From Dehalococcoidia bacterium (GTDB taxonomy: Bacteria; Chloroflexota; Dehalococcoidia; UBA2979), in assembly GCA_009379925.1 (NCBI GenBank), contig WHSU01000006.1, forward strand, positions 32,077 through 96,076: a stretch of DNA of 64,000 bases. Reading direction: 5' to 3'. Below the pieces are notes generated by a model. It had not been told where the DNA came from and did not search any database. It was given only the letters and a program-made list of their open reading frames with translations. Every line of letters starts with the position of its first letter. Positions within the stretch are counted from its first letter, which is position 1. This document shows, one piece after another, positions 56,763-64,000 of this stretch. The translations under genes were made by a program, and so were the position numbers.

Positions 56763-59120
56763 TTACTCCCGCAGCACGACAGCGCCCGCCTCGGCCAGCG
56801 CGTGCTGTTCGGCGGTGTCGTAGCCGTACTCCGCGAGCAACTCGCGAGCGTGCTCCGAGAGGCCGGGGGCGAGGCGCTCGATGCGGCCCGGGGTCGCCGA
56901 AGCGTGCACGAGCATGCCGACGTTCGTCGTCGCGCCGTAGTCCGGGTGCTCCTGCTCGACGATGAGGCCGTTCGCCCGGACGTGTTCGGCGTCGAGCAAC
57001 TCGGCGCGCGTCACCACGCGCATACAGGGGACACCCGCCGCATCGAGGGCGGCGGTCCACTCATCCACCGAGTTCCCGCGGAACACCATCGCCAGCGCCT
57101 CGGTGGCGTCGCGGCAGGCATCGCTGCCCCACGCCGTGACCAGCAGCGAGGGCGCCACCACGCCCCCGGTGACCTCCGCGAGCGCCGCACGCTGCGCTTC
57201 GGTGGTGGCCTCCACGAACAGGTCGTGGCCGTCCGCGCAGCGGTACCAGCGCTGGCCTGCGTTGGGGCCGGGGAAGTCGCGCCCGCCGATAGGGAAGCCA
57301 CCGAGGGTGCGGGCGCCAGGGAGGCGGGTGAACTCCGCGGCCTGGATCGCCAGACCGGTACGCGCGAGCGCGGTGCGCACCTGCTGACCCTCACCGATGC
57401 GCTCGCGATGGAAGAGCGCGGCGCAGATGCCGAAGGTGGCGATGGCCGGGGTCATCACGTCGTTCAGCGCGACCGTGTAGAAGACGGGCTCGTCGTCGCC
57501 TCCCTGCGCCGCCATCCCGCCGGAGAGCGCCTGCACCAGCGGGTCGAAGCCGGGGACGCCTGCCATCGACTCGTCGTCGCCCCAGCCGGGCGAGGCGAGG
57601 TAGACGAGGCGCGGGTTGATGGCGCGCAGCGTCTCATGGTCGATCCCCAGGCGGCCCGCGACGCCCGGACGAAAGTTCTCCACCACCACATCGGCGTCTC
57701 GCGCCATGCGATGGAACACCGCCTGCGCCTCCGACAGCCGCAGGTTCAGGGCGAGCCCGCGCTTGCCCTGGTTCCAGCCGAGAAAGCCGAGGCCCATCTG
57801 GCGGAAGACATCACCCTGCGGCGCCTCCACCTTCACCACCTCGGCACCCATCATCGCCAGGTGACGCGGGCACACCGGCCCCGCGATGTACGAGGTGAGG
57901 TCGAGCACTTTGACGCCGTCCAGCAGGTGTCCGCCCGGCTTGCCCTGGTGGATCCGTCCCATTGGGGCGGGCGCCGAGGCGGCCTCCGCCAGCACCTGGT
58001 CCGTGTGCTCGCCCAGCAGGGGCGCCGGCCCACGCACCTGCCCCGGCGCCGCCTCCATCACCAGCGGGACACCCATCATCTCGACCGTCCCGCCCTGCGG
58101 ATGGGACACGGCGACGCGCATGTGGTTCCGCGCCACGATGCTGGAGGCGAAGTACTCGTCCCGGGTCAGTACCGGCTGGCAGGGGACATCGGCCTCCTGG
58201 AACAGCGCGACCCAGTGGTCGCGCGGCCGCGTCTGGAAAATCGGCTCAATCACCGGGATCAGCGCGTCGCGCGCCTCGTCCGAGATCAAGCCCCACGGCG
58301 CGTGCTCCAGGCGCGGATCGGCGGCCAGTTCCGGGTGGCCGACCGCGATCAGCATGCGGTTGAAGAAGTCCGCCGAGCCGCACGCCAGGAAAAACCACTC
58401 GCCGTCGCCTGCCTCGAAGAGGCGATACGCGGGCAGCCGGCCCCGCGCGCCCATGGGGCTCGGCACGCGGCCGGGCGGCTGCGGGAAGCGGTCCGAGCGC
58501 ACCCCACCGACCTGCAGGGCGAGCGAACCGGCGAGCTGGGACACCTCGAGGCGCTGGCCCACGCCCCAGCGCTCTCGGGCGTAGAGCCCGGCGGCGACGG
58601 CCGCGGCGCCCAGCGCGGCAGTGCCGTAGGCGGCCAGGGGGAGCAGCAGGTAGACGGGGTCACCGCCGTACGAGGCCTGCGACGCCATCATCCCGTTCGC
58701 CGCCGCCAGCAGCGCCGGCGAGTGCGCCCGGTCGACATAAGGTCCACGTTCGCCGTAGGGCGGCACGGCCAGGTAGAGGAGGCGGGGGTGCTCGGCGCGC
58801 AGGGTCTCGTCGTCGATGCCCAGCGCGGCGGCTCGATGCTGGGGCACGTCCACAACGACGACGTCGGCGCTGCGCGCCAGCAACTGGAAACGCGAGCGTC
58901 CGGACTCACTCTGCAGGTCGAGGACGGCGGAGCGCTTGCCGCGGTTGAACGTGTGAAAGCCGGCTTCGGCGCGGTACGGGTCGCCCTCGGGGCGCTCCAC
59001 CTTCACCACGTCCGCTCCGTGGTCGGCGAGGAACATGGTGGCGTAGGGGCCGGCAATGCCGGTTGAGGCGTCGACGACGCGGATACCCTCAAAGATCCCG
59101 CCCGCGGGCTCGTCCACCAT
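56763..59120 (-). CDS. Tandem-fused family III CoA-transferase (two CaiB/BaiF-like modules in one 785-aa polypeptide)
   Basis: ATG 59120 follows GGGGGAGG. Module 1 starts GIRVVDASTGIAGPYATMFLADHGADVVKVERPEGDPYR. Module 2 starts GVKVLDLTSYIAGPVCPRHLAMMGAEVVKVEAPQGDVFR. Confidence 0.8.
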   Translation of the reverse strand: MVDEPAGGIFEGIRVVDASTGIAGPYATMFLADHGADVVKVERPEGDPYRAEAGFHTFNRGKRSAVLDLQSESGRSRFQLLARSADVVVVDVPQHRAAALGIDDETLRAEHPRLLYLAVPPYGERGPYVDRAHSPALLAAANGMMASQASYGGDPVYLLLPLAAYGTAALGAAAVAAGLYARERWGVGQRLEVSQLAGSLALQVGGVRSDRFPQPPGRVPSPMGARGRLPAYRLFEAGDGEWFFLACGSADFFNRMLIAVGHPELAADPRLEHAPWGLISDEARDALIPVIEPIFQTRPRDHWVALFQEADVPCQPVLTRDEYFASSIVARNHMRVAVSHPQGGTVEMMGVPLVMEAAPGQVRGPAPLLGEHTDQVLAEAASAPAPMGRIHQGKPGGHLLDGVKVLDLTSYIAGPVCPRHLAMMGAEVVKVEAPQGDVFRQMGLGFLGWNQGKRGLALNLRLSEAQAVFHRMARDADVVVENFRPGVAGRLGIDHETLRAINPRLVYLASPGWGDDESMAGVPGFDPLVQALSGGMAAQGGDDEPVFYTVALNDVMTPAIATFGICAALFHRERIGEGQQVRTALARTGLAIQAAEFTRLPGARTLGGFPIGGRDFPGPNAGQRWYRCADGHDLFVEATTEAQRAALAEVTGGVVAPSLLVTAWGSDACRDATEALAMVFRGNSVDEWTAALDAAGVPCMRVVTRAELLDAEHVRANGLIVEQEHPDYGATTNVGMLVHASATPGRIERLAPGLSEHARELLAEYGYDTAEQHALAEAGAVVLRE

Positions 59121-59331
59121 CGTCGCCTCCCCCGGCTGCGAGGCGAGTATAGGCGTCGTCGTCCGCGGCACGCTGGATGGCGGGGGATGGCTGTCCGGGC
59201 GCGACATAATGTGCTATGATACTGGTCTGCGCGTCCACTACGGCCACGGTCGAGGGGGGACGCAAGGCCGGGCGAAGGAGAGAGGCGCGAGTGTTGAATT
59301 TCGTTGACACCGCGTGGGGCCGGGCATACCG

Positions 59332-59360
59332 TTGTCAGTCTGCGCCAGAGCAGGTACACT
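59332..59360 (+). promoter_or_regulatory. Candidate promoter TTGTCA-N17-TACACT upstream of rpoB
   Basis: TTGTCA lies at 59332-59337 and TACACT at 59355-59360. This would give a leader of roughly 315 nt before the rpoB start. Confidence 0.4.
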
Positions 59361-59682
59361 GATTGAGCGTGGGGCGCGGTCATCTAATTCGCTGAAGTTC
59401 CAGAGTCACCCGACGGCCATGGGCCGGGTCGGGCCATCCGTGTGTGCAGGGTCACTCGTCACTGCGAGCGATGCACGTTGGCCTCTGGTGATGCCTGGCA
59501 GATGCGGCCGACGGGATGTGCGCATGTCCTCCGAGGGCAGTCCGAGAGCCGCTACCGGCGACCACGGCGCCTTCTACGTGACCCGCGTGATGTCGAACGC
59601 ACAGCGAACACAGCCACAGATGCCGCCACGGGCACCTCGATGGGTGCCACCCCAGACGCGTCGGATCCGGTGAGGGGAGCGA

Positions 59683-64000
<4,318 letters not shown>

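Noticed and set aside
59314-59673. A 119-aa ORF, and an overlapping 84-aa ORF, in the gap upstream of rpoB.
   Set aside because: There is no SD, GC3 is only modest, and the sequence is Arg/Pro/Gln-rich without motifs. I treat the region as a non-coding leader instead.

Overview
The window is high-GC bacterial chromosome, about two-thirds or more G+C by eye. It is densely packed with about 65 protein genes on both strands, most preceded by GGAGG-type Shine-Dalgarno sequences. The protein sequences (rpoB/rpoC, type-2 ileS, the MrfAB-like pair, many lipoproteins) resemble Chloroflexota/Thermomicrobia or a similar deep high-GC lineage, but that placement is inference only. Core genes I recognise are clpB (partial), hspR, a dnaJ-like gene, hsp20, murJ, an ECF sigma/anti-sigma pair, ileS with a T-box leader, proB and proA, a split transketolase, glycerate kinase, tag, and rpoB plus the start of rpoC. 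I saw no rRNA, tRNA, CRISPR array, transposase or integrase. Patches that look lower in G+C by eye carry a Fic gene, a vapC module, a DUF5996 gene and a frameshifted lipoprotein gene. Many long ORFs in the supplied track are antisense shadow ORFs, as expected at this GC content, and I rejected them. Three real genes are missing from the track: clpB and rpoC (both open at a window edge) and a 59-aa membrane protein below the length cutoff. The most interesting items are listed below.
- A tandem trio of small Cys/His proteins of unrecognised family.
- A bacterial homologue of the archaeal TiaS N-terminal kinase-like domain.
- A GTAG-flanked REP doublet.
- A GAAC-N4-GTTC (SOS-box-like) palindrome in front of the unannotated membrane peptide.
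- A long non-coding leader before rpoB.
- Several unusual domain fusions: YihY-NUDIX, a tandem CoA-transferase, and PCD-VOC.
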